Positions 30,693 to 42,926 of a DNA stretch of 64,000 nucleotides are shown here, one piece after another. The stretch is from Macrostomum lignano (Eukaryota). The stretch lies in NCBI GenBank assembly GCA_002269645.1, contig NIVC01000924.1:1-64000 (forward strand), written 5' to 3'. Within the stretch, counting starts at the first letter, position 1. Each line of letters starts with the position of its first letter. The position numbers and the translations under genes are program-made. Below the pieces are notes generated by a model that was given only the letters and a program-made list of their open reading frames with translations, was not told the origin of the DNA and searched no databases.

Positions 30693-31281
30693 CAAGGACC
30701 ACTAGAAGTTACCGAATTGTATCAGGACGCAACACTCGTAAATATTGCAAAATTATTTGAAGGCCCGCTTGTTTGCATGTATTTATCGGTACTTGCCTTC
30801 AAAAAAGAATCTACTCGACTTGAGTCGACTGTTTTAAAGAAGCATGCACTACATTTGAGCCTCAGAAGCTTCGTATAATATGTGTATTTATAGTTTATTT
30901 AGGCTGTAATCTAGATATTTTGAGTAATTATATCATTATATGCAACTCGTAATAACTCGTAATAACTCGTAGACTAGGAAGCAATGGTTAACTGAAACTT
31001 TATTCATTTTGACTGCAATGAAATATTGCGTATTGCCGTTACTTAACTGTACGCCTGACGCTCCTACATGTAGATATAGCGCCAAACTTTGCTTCATGTT
31101 AAAGAGAACAAAATTTCGAGCAACCTGGCGAAAAAATATCATTCTAAGTGCAACCAGTCCAGAGTTATGAGCATTTAAAGTTTAGCTGCAATGCAAACAA
31201 GCGGGCCTTCAAATAGCTCGTAATTTTGCAATATTTACGAGTGTTGAGTCCTGATACAACGGTAACTTCTAGTGGTCCTTG
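30693..31281. mobile_element. Non-autonomous TIR element (P-element- or hAT-like), 589 bp, inserted in a 16-bp satellite
   Basis: About 90-bp TIRs starting CAAGGACCACTAGAAGTTACCG; perfect 8-bp TSD TGTCACGG at 30685-30692 and 31282-31289; flanking repeat TGTCACTGACAGTCAAA on both sides. Confidence 0.88.
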
Positions 31282-31856
31282 TGTCACGGACAGTCAAATA
31301 TCACTGGCAGTCAAATGTCACGGACAGTCAACTGTCACGGACAGTCAAATGTCACTGACTGTCAAAGTTCACTGGCTTTGAAATTTCATTTCGCAGCTGA
31401 ATTTCATCGGTTGCCTCTGAATCTTGGCACCAAGTTCCCGGTCTGCATCCTGCCAGGGCCGCTGTACACATGTACACCCTGTGTGAGCGTGTACCTGCTC
31501 AGGTTGGGTCAGCGATGGCTGCCCAAAGTTCCCTGCTAACTGGCACAATGAGTTACCAAGAGTCGTTAATAAACCAGAAGTAAATCGACACCTAATCGGA
31601 AAGAACAGAATGCAATAATAACAAAAATGATTGACCCCTCCGGCGCGCTCAATGCAAGGTTAAACCAGTTCAATCAAATATTGCTATATTTAAACATTTG
31701 AGTTTAACACAAACATTCCAAACTCGCCTCTGAGTGACCCCTGAGTCAGCTCAGGGCCGTCGTGTGCGGGGTGTCGGTTTGCACAGCAATTGTTCTGAGC
31801 AAACAAGAGGAACTCGGGAGGCGATTGTATAACCGAAAGCTGAATTATTTTACTAT

Positions 31857-32260
31857 TTATGAGCATTCATGAGTCCGTTCTGCTGATCATGTCTCTTTCT
31901 TACAGAACATGTTATGAGCATTCATGAGTCCGTTCTGCTGATCATGTCTCTTTCTTACAGAACATGTTATGAGCATTCATGAGTCCGTTCTGCTGATCAT
32001 GTCTCTTTCTTACAGAACATGTTATGAGCATTCATGAGTCCGTTCTGCTGATCATGTCTCTTTCTTACAGAACATGTCTCTTTCCTACTGAACATGTCTC
32101 TTTCCTGCTGATCATGTCTCTTTCTTACAGAACATGTCTCTTTCCTACTGAACATGTCTCTTTCCTACTGAACATGTCTCTTTCCTACTGAACATGTCTC
32201 TTTCCTACTGAACATGTCTCTTTCCTACACATGTCTCCGTCCTACTGAACATGTCTCACC
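31857..32260. repeat. Composite minisatellite (about 55-bp and 20-bp units)
   Basis: GAGCATTCATGAGTCCGTTCTGCTGATCATGTCTCTTTCTTACAGAACATGTTAT, then AACATGTCTCTTTCCTACTG. Confidence 0.9.
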
Positions 32261-32453
32261 CCTGAACATATTCTGAGCCCTCTATCCGTTCCTTGCTTGA
32301 GAATTTCATTCAGTATTTGAGTGCTTTTATTGCTATTTAGACGCAACTATACTTCCAGTCCGCACACCTGAGCTTCACACCTTGTGCAGAATTTTACCAA
32401 ATCCAGTTAATTCAACGCAAGCATGCGCACGAATGGAGAAAATTTTGTTCAAA

Positions 32454-32510
<57 letters not shown>

Positions 32511-32925
32511 CCAAATCTGGGCGCATGGATGCATTCTCTCTCTCTCTCTGTGTCTTGATTGCTCATTTGCTTGCTTAAACCCATTTGGGTCACCACCTAG
32601 ACAGACAAGCTAAAATTTATACGCTCGTAATCTCGCTTTAGTTGGCCTTCTCTCACTTTGAGCAATTTAACAGCTCTTGAGGCATTGCTGCTCTTTATCT
32701 ATTAGTATTATTTTCTCTCGCTCTCTCTCCCAAGTCGATAATTATCTTGCTTTAAAGGCGGGTCTCTTGACCCCCCTCAACCCCCTACACGCCCGTCTTT
32801 GGAATTTCCTGCGAAGCCACTTGTCACTCCCTTTCTCTCCAGGCCTGATTATATAAGACATCGTTGCTCAAAAAGCAGAGAATACTCACCAAGAGCAGCA
32901 GATTAGAATCGCATTTGCAGCTGGC

Positions 32926-33420
32926 ATGGCATCGAAAACGGTCAGTGCAACCAGCAGTGCCGCACATGCGACCATAGCAGACGAGATGCGCCAGTTCCTC
33001 ACTGAGAGCCGGCGCCAGAGAATGCAGCATAGACTGTTTAGTCAACTCGGCGACGAAGGCAACGGCGATCTGGCTGACGAAGGCGAGACCCTGACCACCT
33101 GTTGTCATATGGTCGGTTCGTCCGGTGTCTACCAAGCCGCCGTTCGTCTCGGCGAAGATTTCTCGCCAGACGAGGCTCGAGTCCGAGTTGACGCGGCCAG
33201 CTGCAGCCTGCTGGTTGAAGCTGAGCATCGCGAGGAGCGGCCGGGCAAGAAAATTCAGCGACGCCTGCAACGGTCCTTCCAGCCGCCGCGTGGCACCGAT
33301 CTGGAACGACTGTCGACGAGGTTCGACGGGCAGCTGCTGCTGCTGGAAGCTCCATTTTCTGCCTCGTCTCCCGGAGCCTCGTGCGGCTGCAAAGTTGCTG
33401 GATCTTGCACAGGAAACTAA
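32926..33420 (+). CDS. Small heat-shock protein (HSP20/alpha-crystallin domain), intronless
   Basis: YQAAVRLGEDFSPDEARVRV...LLVEAEHREE...RRLQRSFQPPRGTD...LLLLEAP follows the alpha-crystallin pattern. Confidence 0.82.
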   Translation: MASKTVSATSSAAHATIADEMRQFLTESRRQRMQHRLFSQLGDEGNGDLADEGETLTTCCHMVGSSGVYQAAVRLGEDFSPDEARVRVDAASCSLLVEAEHREERPGKKIQRRLQRSFQPPRGTDLERLSTRFDGQLLLLEAPFSASSPGASCGCKVAGSCTGN

Positions 33421-35513
33421 GGTAGAATGACTGCTGCTGCGCCCAGGTGATTCGAGCAAATTTCACTGCAGGTTGCTTGGTAGATTTTTTGTTGATTTTG
33501 ACGAATTTGTTCTGGTAAATATGCATATAGGTTGGCCAACAAAGCAGTTGTATTGTTAAATGTACCTAGTAAAGATTCGCAAAAAAAACAAATCATAATA
33601 GGCTAATACACTGTAAATCAACTTGCAATTGAGAAGGTTAAGTAGCCGATATTTCAAAGTTAGATAGCCTAATACTTCCTAACTCGCATTTTGCAGTAAA
33701 AAACTCAGACCTTAAAAGTGAAATTCGTCCGATTTATCCAGTGTAGCGTCTGGTAAAAAATTATTTGTGTGAAATTTGTTTTATTTTTGAGCTCGCGCCT
33801 ATAAATTCAGGTGTCAATGGGGTTAAAATTTACAGTGAACAGTAAGAAAGTAAACAAAAATTATACTACTATTTACTTACTAAGTAGCTTTCACAAATTG
33901 ACTTTTAAAGTAAAAAAAATTAAATTCCCGAGTTTTCCTCCTCGCGCGAATTCAAATAGCAAATTAGCGTTAGCAATATCGATTAAATAATTAACTTTTT
34001 TCCTGCTAATTTTATATGTAAATATAATGTCCATAGCTTGACTCAGATGATTTTAAAGCAAAAAACCAGGGTTGTAAATTGCCAGCTTGTAAAGTGACAT
34101 GCTCACACGCTCACTATTGTGTACATAGAGAACAATGTGTACTTCCTTATCTATCTGTTTTTACAGTCTCGTAACTTGATTTTGTCTTTCTTAGAAATTT
34201 TAATTTTTGCGTTTTATTAACAGAATAGTACACTGGTTGTACTCAAGCCTGAAAAATGTAGGCTTAGTAAGCACTTTTTGTTAAAATTATCTTATCTTTT
34301 TGTTATAGTTTAAGACGTATCTGATTATATTATGATCTTTTCTTTGTTTATAACAAAATAAATTTACTGCTTTGCAGACTTTGCAACTCAGACTTTTTAT
34401 TTTCTTTCGTATGAAAATTGTGAATTAGATTGAGACTAAGAAGTAGATCTCTATTGGTAAAAAATATACGATGCGATTGCAGTGTCTGCGAAGTTTCGAT
34501 GGCGCAAATGCCACCGTTTCACCGCCGCAAATTATTCATGCGCAGTAGAACTTTCATTTTTGGCCCGCGGCGTTAGGTTGACATTTACCGAAAATATTTT
34601 TCTACGGTACAATTTGCAACTTTGCACTTCATATGTTCATGTTCATTACTAGAGGAACGCTACAAAATGTACTTTACGAGCGTATATCGTAGAACTGTAT
34701 CGCGATGAAATGGGAAAGCTGAAATCTAGTGCGACATTGCCAAAAGATTTTATCAAAGGATTTGAACCACAGCTAGCAGCCGCTTTTCCAGCTTGGTGTT
34801 GAAGCGGTCAATATGCGAGAAAATATGACCTTGAAATGTCCGAAAGAATTATTGTTTACGAATATTGAAAAAAATTACTTCGTAGAAACTGTAGCAATTT
34901 TGGAAAGGCATTGTGAAAGGACAAAAATCGGAACACAAGGGGTTAAGGTCGAGGACATCAGGCGAGGTGAGAATTTTTACGCATGATAAATATTACATTG
35001 CATGAATAGAAGTGTCAGTCAGAAGTGTGAAGTACATGTTAGCTTGTGTGTACAGTGGACTATAGTTAAGTATTAGTTGACGTTAAATAGATATTGTATA
35101 TTGTATTGGATTAGTTAGTTGACTATGTTAAATAGTAGTGTCTAGTGTAATGCTTTACGAGGATTATAGCTAGTTAAGTTAAGTGACCTAGCTACGAGCG
35201 TAGAGTGCATGAAAGTGAAAAATGAGACCTAAAGCTCTCCGCTCCCAACATCAATATATAGAGGGAAAAAGCACTATGCCACATCATTGCCTAAACATAT
35301 TAACAAAAGAAAGAGATCATTGAAGTAGGACAGATAATTAAAAATCTTATAAGAATTGGTAACAAAAATATGCAGGTTGGGTTCCGGTTATACTGGTGGT
35401 TGGTCGTTACTCATAAGCTAGTTGCACACCAGGTAAGATTGGATTACAACCATGTCTTTCTTGCCCTTCTCGCAGCAAAATATTCCTTTTTATGAAGTTA
35501 AATTACGTTAGAA

Positions 35514-36877
35514 TCACAGCTCCGATAGGCCCCCACCGTCGCCTCCACCGGTGGCAGCTGCGATCGCTGCTGAGGCGGGGATGGCATCAGCTGCGCCGTG
35601 TCCGAAGCCTTCAACAACGTATTTCTCCGCTCGCTGTCGACGCTTCTCCAGCACTTGGCCGGCTTTGCCCTGGCGCAGCGCCGCGGCGAGTCCGAACGCT
35701 TTGGCCGGATCGTAGTCAGTGTGAGTCAGCTTCGGCGCGGCCAGCAGCTCCTGTTCGACGTATTCGGCCACAGTTTTCGGTTTCGATGGCAGTAAGAAAG
35801 CATCGGAGGACAGGGGTATAACGCGACTATCCGCGCTGCCTATCGACGTATCGATCATAGCGTTTATTGGCTTGTTGGACGCCAAATCGAAGCTATTTGG
35901 CTCAGGACCTTCAACTGTGAACTTGTCTGCTCGCTGACGTCGGCCAGCAAACATCCCGGCGCCGCGAAAGGCGCGGTTAACCGGATCGGTGAGGCTGCGC
36001 GCCACTCGACGAGCCATTCGCTTTCGCTCCTCGACAGTTGGGTAGCCTGGCGTGCCGGCGTAGGCGGAGTCTTCGTACCGACGCCTCTGGCTAGTTGTTG
36101 GCGCCCTCGTCACCAAAGGCGTCGCTTCGCGAACCAATCGGTTCAATGGAATAGCTGGAGCTCCTCCATGGTAACCGTTGCTGCTTGGTCCGGGCGCCTA
36201 CGTCAAAGAGTTTAAATAGAGACTTAATTACCTTAGGTTAATATTCGGAAGAAACAAGGTTTATTTTAGCAGCGTAATCCTATAGAATTTGGTGACAATT
36301 GTGACCGACTGGGCAGGATCCCTGAGCCCTTATAACTTGTTCTTTGACAGAGCAGTTTGAATACGCTCGTACTAGCTAAACCCACCTCGGCCAGAAGATC
36401 TCTCAACGGCAACTCCGGTACAGGCAGCTCCTGAACCGGAGTGAGCGATTCCTCAAAGTCCTGATCATTGTACCAATCGTTTTCCGCAGCGGCAGCAGCC
36501 GCTGCCAGTTCGCTTAAGTCGTCCTGCCAAGTGTCTGTGTTGTCAATATCGCCCAGACTGGACGAAGCCGCTGTCCAGTCAAGCCTGCCGGCTCCTACTG
36601 ACATCCAACGTTCAACGCAAAGGCTCAGAACCCCGGCGCCGCGTCTGCCGCCGCCGCCGCGTTCGATTAGCTGAGCGGCGAAGGCGTGGCTCCTACCAAC
36701 GACGTTGTTGTCGTTCAACGACAGCAGACGGTCGCCCTCGACAAGGCCGGCCGCGTGAGCGGGACTCCGACGACGGACCCGACGGACCCAGAGGCTGGTG
36801 CCGCCTCGCAGCCGGAAGCCCCAGGGCGGGCCGCCGGTCAAAAGCAGCTGAAGTTGGCGGCACTCCGAGGTCGACAT
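35514..36877 (-). CDS. PDZ-domain muscle Z-disc-type protein, synaptopodin-2/myopodin-like (exons 36877-36386, 36197-35514)
   Basis: PDZ with LTGGPPWGFRLRGG; two motifs RGAGMFAGRRQRADKF and GKAGQVLEKRRQRAEKYVVE; phase-0 junction GAG|gtgggt...acgtag|GCG. Confidence 0.78.
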
Positions 36878-37559
36878 GGTTTGCTTGTGATAGCAAGAAA
36901 GCAAGCAGAATTTTTGAATTTAGGGACGATCGAATGCAGCAACTTGTAGTTCCGTAAGCCTGCCTATATCCTGCCGGTCTGTCCCCAATCCCGATTCCTT
37001 TCTAACCCACAGATTCCTGTTTGGTTGGCTGGGTGGAGCGGATTAGACACAAGTTGCGGTGAAGCTGCAGGAGGGAATAGTCGTACGTATGGGGCTATAG
37101 GCTTAAAGTGCGACTCGGCTAGAAGTCTCGAATGCACCGAATCTCTCTCAGAGGTGGGGTGAGGAAGGCAATGGAAAGTTTCACGTACGCTTTCAGCCCC
37201 GCCTAGTTTTCGGGAAATCGGCTGTAGCGAATCGTGCCTCCATGCAGCAATTTTCCTAGATTTTTTCTTATTCCTTCATCTTCCTGGCGCAAGCGAGGAA
37301 AAAGTGCAAAATTAAAATGCATTACGGAACAGATGGCACATTGGCACCACGAAAGAAATTCTTTACTGGTGCTCCTTCGATGGCATTTACGGGAAGAGGA
37401 CGCCACGCCAGCTCGTACAAAGCTAATAAATTACAAAGTGTTATAAGTAATCTACCCAGGTTATAAGATTTAATCTTATAAAAAAAATAAACTTAGAACC
37501 AACAAGTGGGCCTTCAATCAATATAAAGTTTTTTCCTCGGCTAAACATTAGCGAAGCGT

Positions 37560-37860
37560 AGGTTTAGGACGGACGCACTGTGGCCCAGGGTACAGAGGTA
37601 ATGGCCCAACAGTATCTGACGGCGCCGGCGCAGGGTCAGCTCTCAGGAGCGGTGCTCCGGCGCGGGCCATCAGGGCCTTGTTCGGCAGGCGCTCCGGATA
37701 GTGCAGACCTAGATGTTATCGGCACTGCACAGCCTCCATGCCGCAAAGGCGCTCCAGGGCCGCGCGGAACAGGCGCACTTTCAAGTCGTCTCTGGCAGCT
37801 GAATTGAAGACGTTCCTGAAGAGGCGCGGGGTGTGCCAGGCTTGAGTCCTCCTGAAGGAG
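37560..37860 (-). pseudogene. Decayed non-LTR retrotransposon (RTE-like) fragment, post-RT region
   Basis: Frameshifted pieces DDLKVRLFRAALERLCGMEAV, PERLPNKALMARAG, LRRRRQILLGHY. Confidence 0.65.
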
Positions 37861-39581
37861 ATCCCATACGAAAATAGAGAAACGCAAAAAATTGGAGGGA
37901 TGTCAAAACGAGCATAACTGAAAGCGATATCGGTAAGTTAAGTTTTGTATTTAAAAGGTTCAATTTGTTTGAGAGTTCAAGTAGACATCGATAACCACCG
38001 CACCCGGCGGACAGTGCAGGCACTTCTACTCTAGGCCGGGTGACCTTTGTAGATGAAATTTCGCTCTAGAAAATTGCGCTGGGTTGTGAGAGGCGACGAT
38101 AAAATCAATAACAATTTTATCTATAAGATCGATAAAATTCACCCCAACCTACACCTAACGGATTGGGCGCTGCCCGCTGTGTCATCCGACCGCCACCCCG
38201 GCAATAAAAGTCGGCAATAAAACGCCACTAGTGGCGCTAAAGGGGTAGGGAAGGCTGGGTCGAAGCCGACGACTAGAAAATCGATAAAACCCAATCCACC
38301 CCACCCGTGCTTAAAAGTGGACATAAAACGCCACTGATAAAGTGGCGGTTAAAAATCAGTAATGGGTAGAGGTTAACCCCCCCACCCCGGCGCACATGCG
38401 CACGCCAAAAAGTGGCTGAAAACAGCCTAAGGTTAAACCTACTGCAGGCACAATCGATAGCCAGCACCAACCACCCCACATATGTACAGTCAAATGAGAG
38501 GAAACTTCTCTGACTTCTGTGTGTACAAGTGTACATTAGCTCTGCACTGAAATTTTAAGACAGTGTGCATACCCTACTTTGCCTGGCTTAAGGACTTGAA
38601 GGTTAAGGCCGGTTCACATTAACGACAGTAACTCTGCTAGTTGAAGTTTGCTCAAATAAATGTTAGGTTTAGGTTGGTTCAGGTTCATCCAATATACTAA
38701 AAATGATAACAAACTAAAATTGATTTAAGAAATCTTGGCTCGCGGAGCCACTGGTCGGTGGTAATAATGTGAAGGGCCTTTAGTTGTTGTCGTCGTCTCG
38801 TCTCGTCATGGCGTTGTCGGTGACTCCGTGCACTAGCCCCAAAGCCCACATGAATATGTGGCCGGCTGCGGAGCGGAATTAAAAGCCAGGGACAGGGACC
38901 TTGCTTGAGTGTTATTATTGGGTCACTGTAGCCCTCAAGTGCTGCTGCAGAATTTTGATAAACCGACGTCCTGATCAGACAGAAGCGCTTGAGGGGTAGG
39001 AAATCTCTAGGCTTGTACTTTCGAGTGGTGGAACCAACAAACCACCCCTCTATTTCTGGTCTGCTTCGGAACTATCCGGAAATTTCACTAAAAGTACATC
39101 TGCTTATTCCCGAATACCTCCAGAATTTGTCCGGTTTGTTTTGACAAGAGTTTTTTGTGCTGATTCATTTATCTGTCTGAATTATATGTACCTGTACAGC
39201 GATCGAACCCACCGAACCATTAAGGGATAAACCGCTGCATCTTTTTTGACGGAAAAATCGAAACAAAAAAGAACAAGACTTTTTCATAATGTGTCCTAAC
39301 ACAGTAGAAAGTCATTTTTTATGGAATATAGTCTGATTCAATGCAAAGGGCGTACAACAAAACATGTCATTAGTAGTAAACATACAATGTTCATTTATGC
39401 TGACACTCTACACTGATGTAGTTATTCCATATTATAACAAAATTACATGTTATTGTATACTTTACAATCAAAAAATATTTTGCTTTGCACTACTTGTAGA
39501 GTAGAATATACTATTTTAGCAGTAAATTTATCGCATCTCACGTCCCACTAAAATGTAGAAGCAAGCAACAAAAAACCAAGC

Positions 39582-41051
39582 TTAATCAACGTGATCCCTA
39601 TACTCCTCGTTGGCTTCCGTCGGTTTCATCTGCTGGGCCCACAGCTCGTTGGCATCCTGCTCCTGGGTGATGGTGCCGTCCACTGCCCTGCCCAGGATGT
39701 ATTTGCCCATGCAGGCGCACGCGGAGACGCCGTGAAGCGCGCAGACGGCGCGCACTTTAGCCGTGTGCCGTGCCGTCTCGTGCTCCTCGAGCTCTTTGAC
39801 CCAGTCGCGTTTCAACGCGGAATCGTAAGTGGCAATGCCGATGCAGATGGACAGGACGCACAACAGGCCGGATATGAAGGTTGACGTGAAGATGACCTGG
39901 TATTTTTCCTGCACCTGTACGGGAGATAAAGGCAATGTGTTATTAAGGTGGGACAGCCTTTTTGATTTATAAGAGGCAATGGCGACTCATTGTTAAGCAG
40001 CCCTTTTCACTTTCAGTTTTGAGTGATAAGCAGCTGTACAGGTTGAACACATGGGATTGAGAGGTTGAGCCAACAAGGCGTGTCGCAGACGCAGAGGAAG
40101 GGGCTGTAGCCTAAGTGGTTAGAGCGTCGGACTAGCGACCGAAAGGTCAGGGGTTCGATTCTTGACCCACTCGGAACAATGTTTGTCCTTGAGCAAGACA
40201 CTTAACTCTGTATTGCTTCAGTTCACTCAGCTGTAAAATGGATGCCAGCATTAGCTGGGTGAGGGAATTGAGGGTGTGTGGCGACCCCCCCCCCCCCCCA
40301 GTCCTTGGACTGAACAGCCGTACGCAGCCTTCAGATGTACCGCGCATGAATAGCTGTGGCTGAGCTGTCGGTTGCACATCTGCCCATTGGGGATTTTCTC
40401 TGATTTTAAAAAGTATCCTCGACAGTTTTTTGTCAAAATATCAGAAGGGCACCAGTAGATGATCGTCAGTGACGATTCGTCACAACAGTAGGTGATCGTC
40501 AGTGACGATTCGTCACAACAGTAGGTGATCGTCAGTGACGATTCGTCACAACAGTAGGTGATCGTCAGTGACGATTCGTCACAACAGTAGGTGATCGTCA
40601 GTGACGATTCGTCACAACAGTAGGTGATCGTCAGTGACGATTCGTCACAACAGTAGGTGATCGTCAGTGACGATTCGTCACAACAGCAGGTGATCGTCAG
40701 TGACGATTCGTCACAACAGAAGGTGATCATCACCCAAAACTAAAGAACGCCAAAACAATGAAGGAATTGACCAGGACAAAAAGTCTTATAATCGCCAGAT
40801 AAAAATGTTCACTCTCGAGTGAAAATGGTTATAGAATGGCTCATCAGTTTAAGTAGCTAGGTTATACTCACCCCGACTTCGACTAACTTTCCAGAAACCA
40901 CAGTATTAATCTCCTTAATGAGACTTTTCAAGCATTGTTGCTGGGCCAACGTTGACTGTACTAGGGATAGAAGAGCGGAAATTATAAACAATAGAAAATG
41001 GTATAAAGTCATGGTTATAGTAGCAGTCGGCGCAGTTTGTAGCTTAGCTCT
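39582..41051 (-). CDS. Orphan membrane protein (exons about 41051-40872 and 39914-39582)
   Basis: Hydrophobic segments MTLYHFLLFIISALLSLVQSTLA and VIFTSTFISGLLCVLSICIGIA joined by phase-0 GGG|gtgagt...gtacag|GTG; 5' end uncertain. Confidence 0.6.
40100..40385 (+). mobile_element. tRNA-derived SINE with V/Meta-like central domain (full-length-looking copy)
   Basis: A box TAGCCTAAGTGGTTAGAGC, B box GGTTCGATTC, core GTCCTTGAGCAAGACACTTAACTC...CAGTTCACTCAGCTGTAAAATGG. Confidence 0.87.
40455..40730. repeat. 33-bp minisatellite
   Basis: Unit GTAGGTGATCGTCAGTGACGATTCGTCACAACA. Confidence 0.95.
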
Positions 41052-41259
41052 CTGTATTTTTTGTAAAAATATCGTAGAAGAAGCATGCCTAGTGTCATTA
41101 CATAGAGAGAGAATGTTAAAAAGGAACTAGTCGGTGCTAAGATTGTTAATCGCTTGAAACGTTAGTCTATGGCTTATGCGCTCATGGCTGTAGAATTTAC
41201 AATCAGACTCCAGTTAGGAAGACACAAACAGATAAGCGGATTTCAGAGAGTTGGGAGAC

Positions 41260-42620
41260 AGATTCAAGGATGTTGAGGAGAGAGCGGAGAGGCAGATTCA
41301 AGGACCCTGAGGGAGAGCGGAGAGGCAGATTCAAGGATGTTGAGGAGAGAGCGGAGAGGCAGATTCAAGGACCCTGAGGGAGAGCGGAGAGGCAGATTCA
41401 AGGATGTTGAGGAGAGAGCGGAGAGGCAGATTCAAGGACCCTGAGGGAGAGCGGAGAGGCAGATTCAAGGATGTTGAGGAGAGAGCGGAGAGGCAGATTC
41501 AAGGATGTTGAGGAGAGAGCGGAGAGGCAGATTCAAGGACCCTGAAGGAGAGCGGAGAGACAGATTCAAGGATCCTGAGGGAGAGCGGAGAGGCAGATTC
41601 AAGGATGTTGAGGAGAGAGCGGAGAGAGCGGAGAGGCAGATTCAAGGATGTTGAGGAGAGAGCGGAGAGGCAGATTCAAGGATCCTGAGGAGAGAGCGGA
41701 GAGGCAGATTCAAGGATGTTGAGGAGAGAGCGGAGAGGCAGATTCAAGGACCCTGAAGGAGAGCGGAGAGACAGATTCAAGGATCCTGAGGGAGAGCGGA
41801 GAGGCAGATTCAAGGATGTTGAGGAGAGAGCGGAGAGAGCGGAGAGGCAGATTCAAGGATGTTGAGGAGAGAGCGGAGAGGCAGATTCAAGGATCCTGAG
41901 GAGAGAGCGGAGAGGCAGATTCAAGGATGTTGAGGAGAGAGCGGAGAGGCAGATTCAAGGATGTTGAGGAGAGAGCGGAGAGGCAGATTCAAGGATGTTG
42001 AGGAGAGAGCGGAGAGAGCGGAGAGGCAGATTCAAGGATGTTGAGGAGAGAGCGGAGAGGCAGATTCAAGGATGTTGAGGAGAGAGCGGAGAGAGCGGAG
42101 AGGCAGATTCAAGGATCCTGAGGAGAGAGCGGAGAGGCAGATTCAAGGATGTTGAGGAGAGAGCGGAGAGAGCGGAGAGGCAGATTCACGGATGTTGAGG
42201 AGAGAGCGGAGAGAGCGGAGAGGCAGATTCAAGGATCCTGAGGAGAGAGCGGAGAGGCAGATTCAAGGATGTTGAGGAGAGAGCGGAGAGAGCGGAGAGG
42301 CAGATTCAAGGATCCTGAGGAGAGAGCGGAGAGGCAGATTCAAGGATGTTGAGGAGAGAGCGGAGAGACAGATTCAAGGATCCTGAGGGAGAGCGGAGAG
42401 GCAGATTCAAGGATGTTGAGGAGAGAGCGGAGAGAGCGGAGAGGCAGATTCAAGGATGTTGAGGAGAGAGCGGAGAGGCAGATTCAAGGATGTTGAGGGG
42501 AGAGCGGAGAGGCAGATTCAAGGATGTTGAGGGGAGAGCGGAGAGGCAGATTCAAGGATGTTGAGGGGAGAGCGGAGAGGCAGATTCAAGGATGTTGAAG
42601 GGAGAGCGGAGAGGCAGGTT
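41260..42620. repeat. 34-bp purine-rich minisatellite
   Basis: Unit GAGAGCGGAGAGGCAGATTCAAGGATGTTGAGGA. Confidence 0.95.
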
Positions 42621-42926
42621 CAACTGTGTACGAGGTAGAAGCAGATCTAAGAGACAGATGGACCAATAAGACGAATGAAACACTAAGCATATTAAACAAA
42701 CGAGGAAGAAAAGGCTATTCACAAAGGAAATGTTGGATGATTGTTTTCATGTCCAAAATAACTGCTCAAATTTTTGCCACAGTTGTTTCTACCATAGAGA
42801 TATGAAGCAAACTTTCTCCAAATTACATGCTTGTTCCCTATACAAGATTCAACTGCTGCTTGTAGTCATTCGTAGTGATTTAAAACTCTTGTGGCATAAT
42901 TTTCTGCTCTATACCAGGATCGAAGG

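Noticed and set aside
33815-34950. Two GGGG-TTAA piggyBac-like right ends
   Set aside because: No matching left ends or transposase found
38606-38779. Possible Harbinger-like MITE with imperfect TIR
   Set aside because: TIR imperfect and no clean 3-bp TSD
40100-40175. tRNA-like sequence
   Set aside because: Continues into a SINE body and recurs with it; not a tRNA gene
40455-40730. CRISPR-like appearance of 33-bp repeats (and other arrays)
   Set aside because: Units are contiguous with no unique spacers, no cas genes, eukaryotic context
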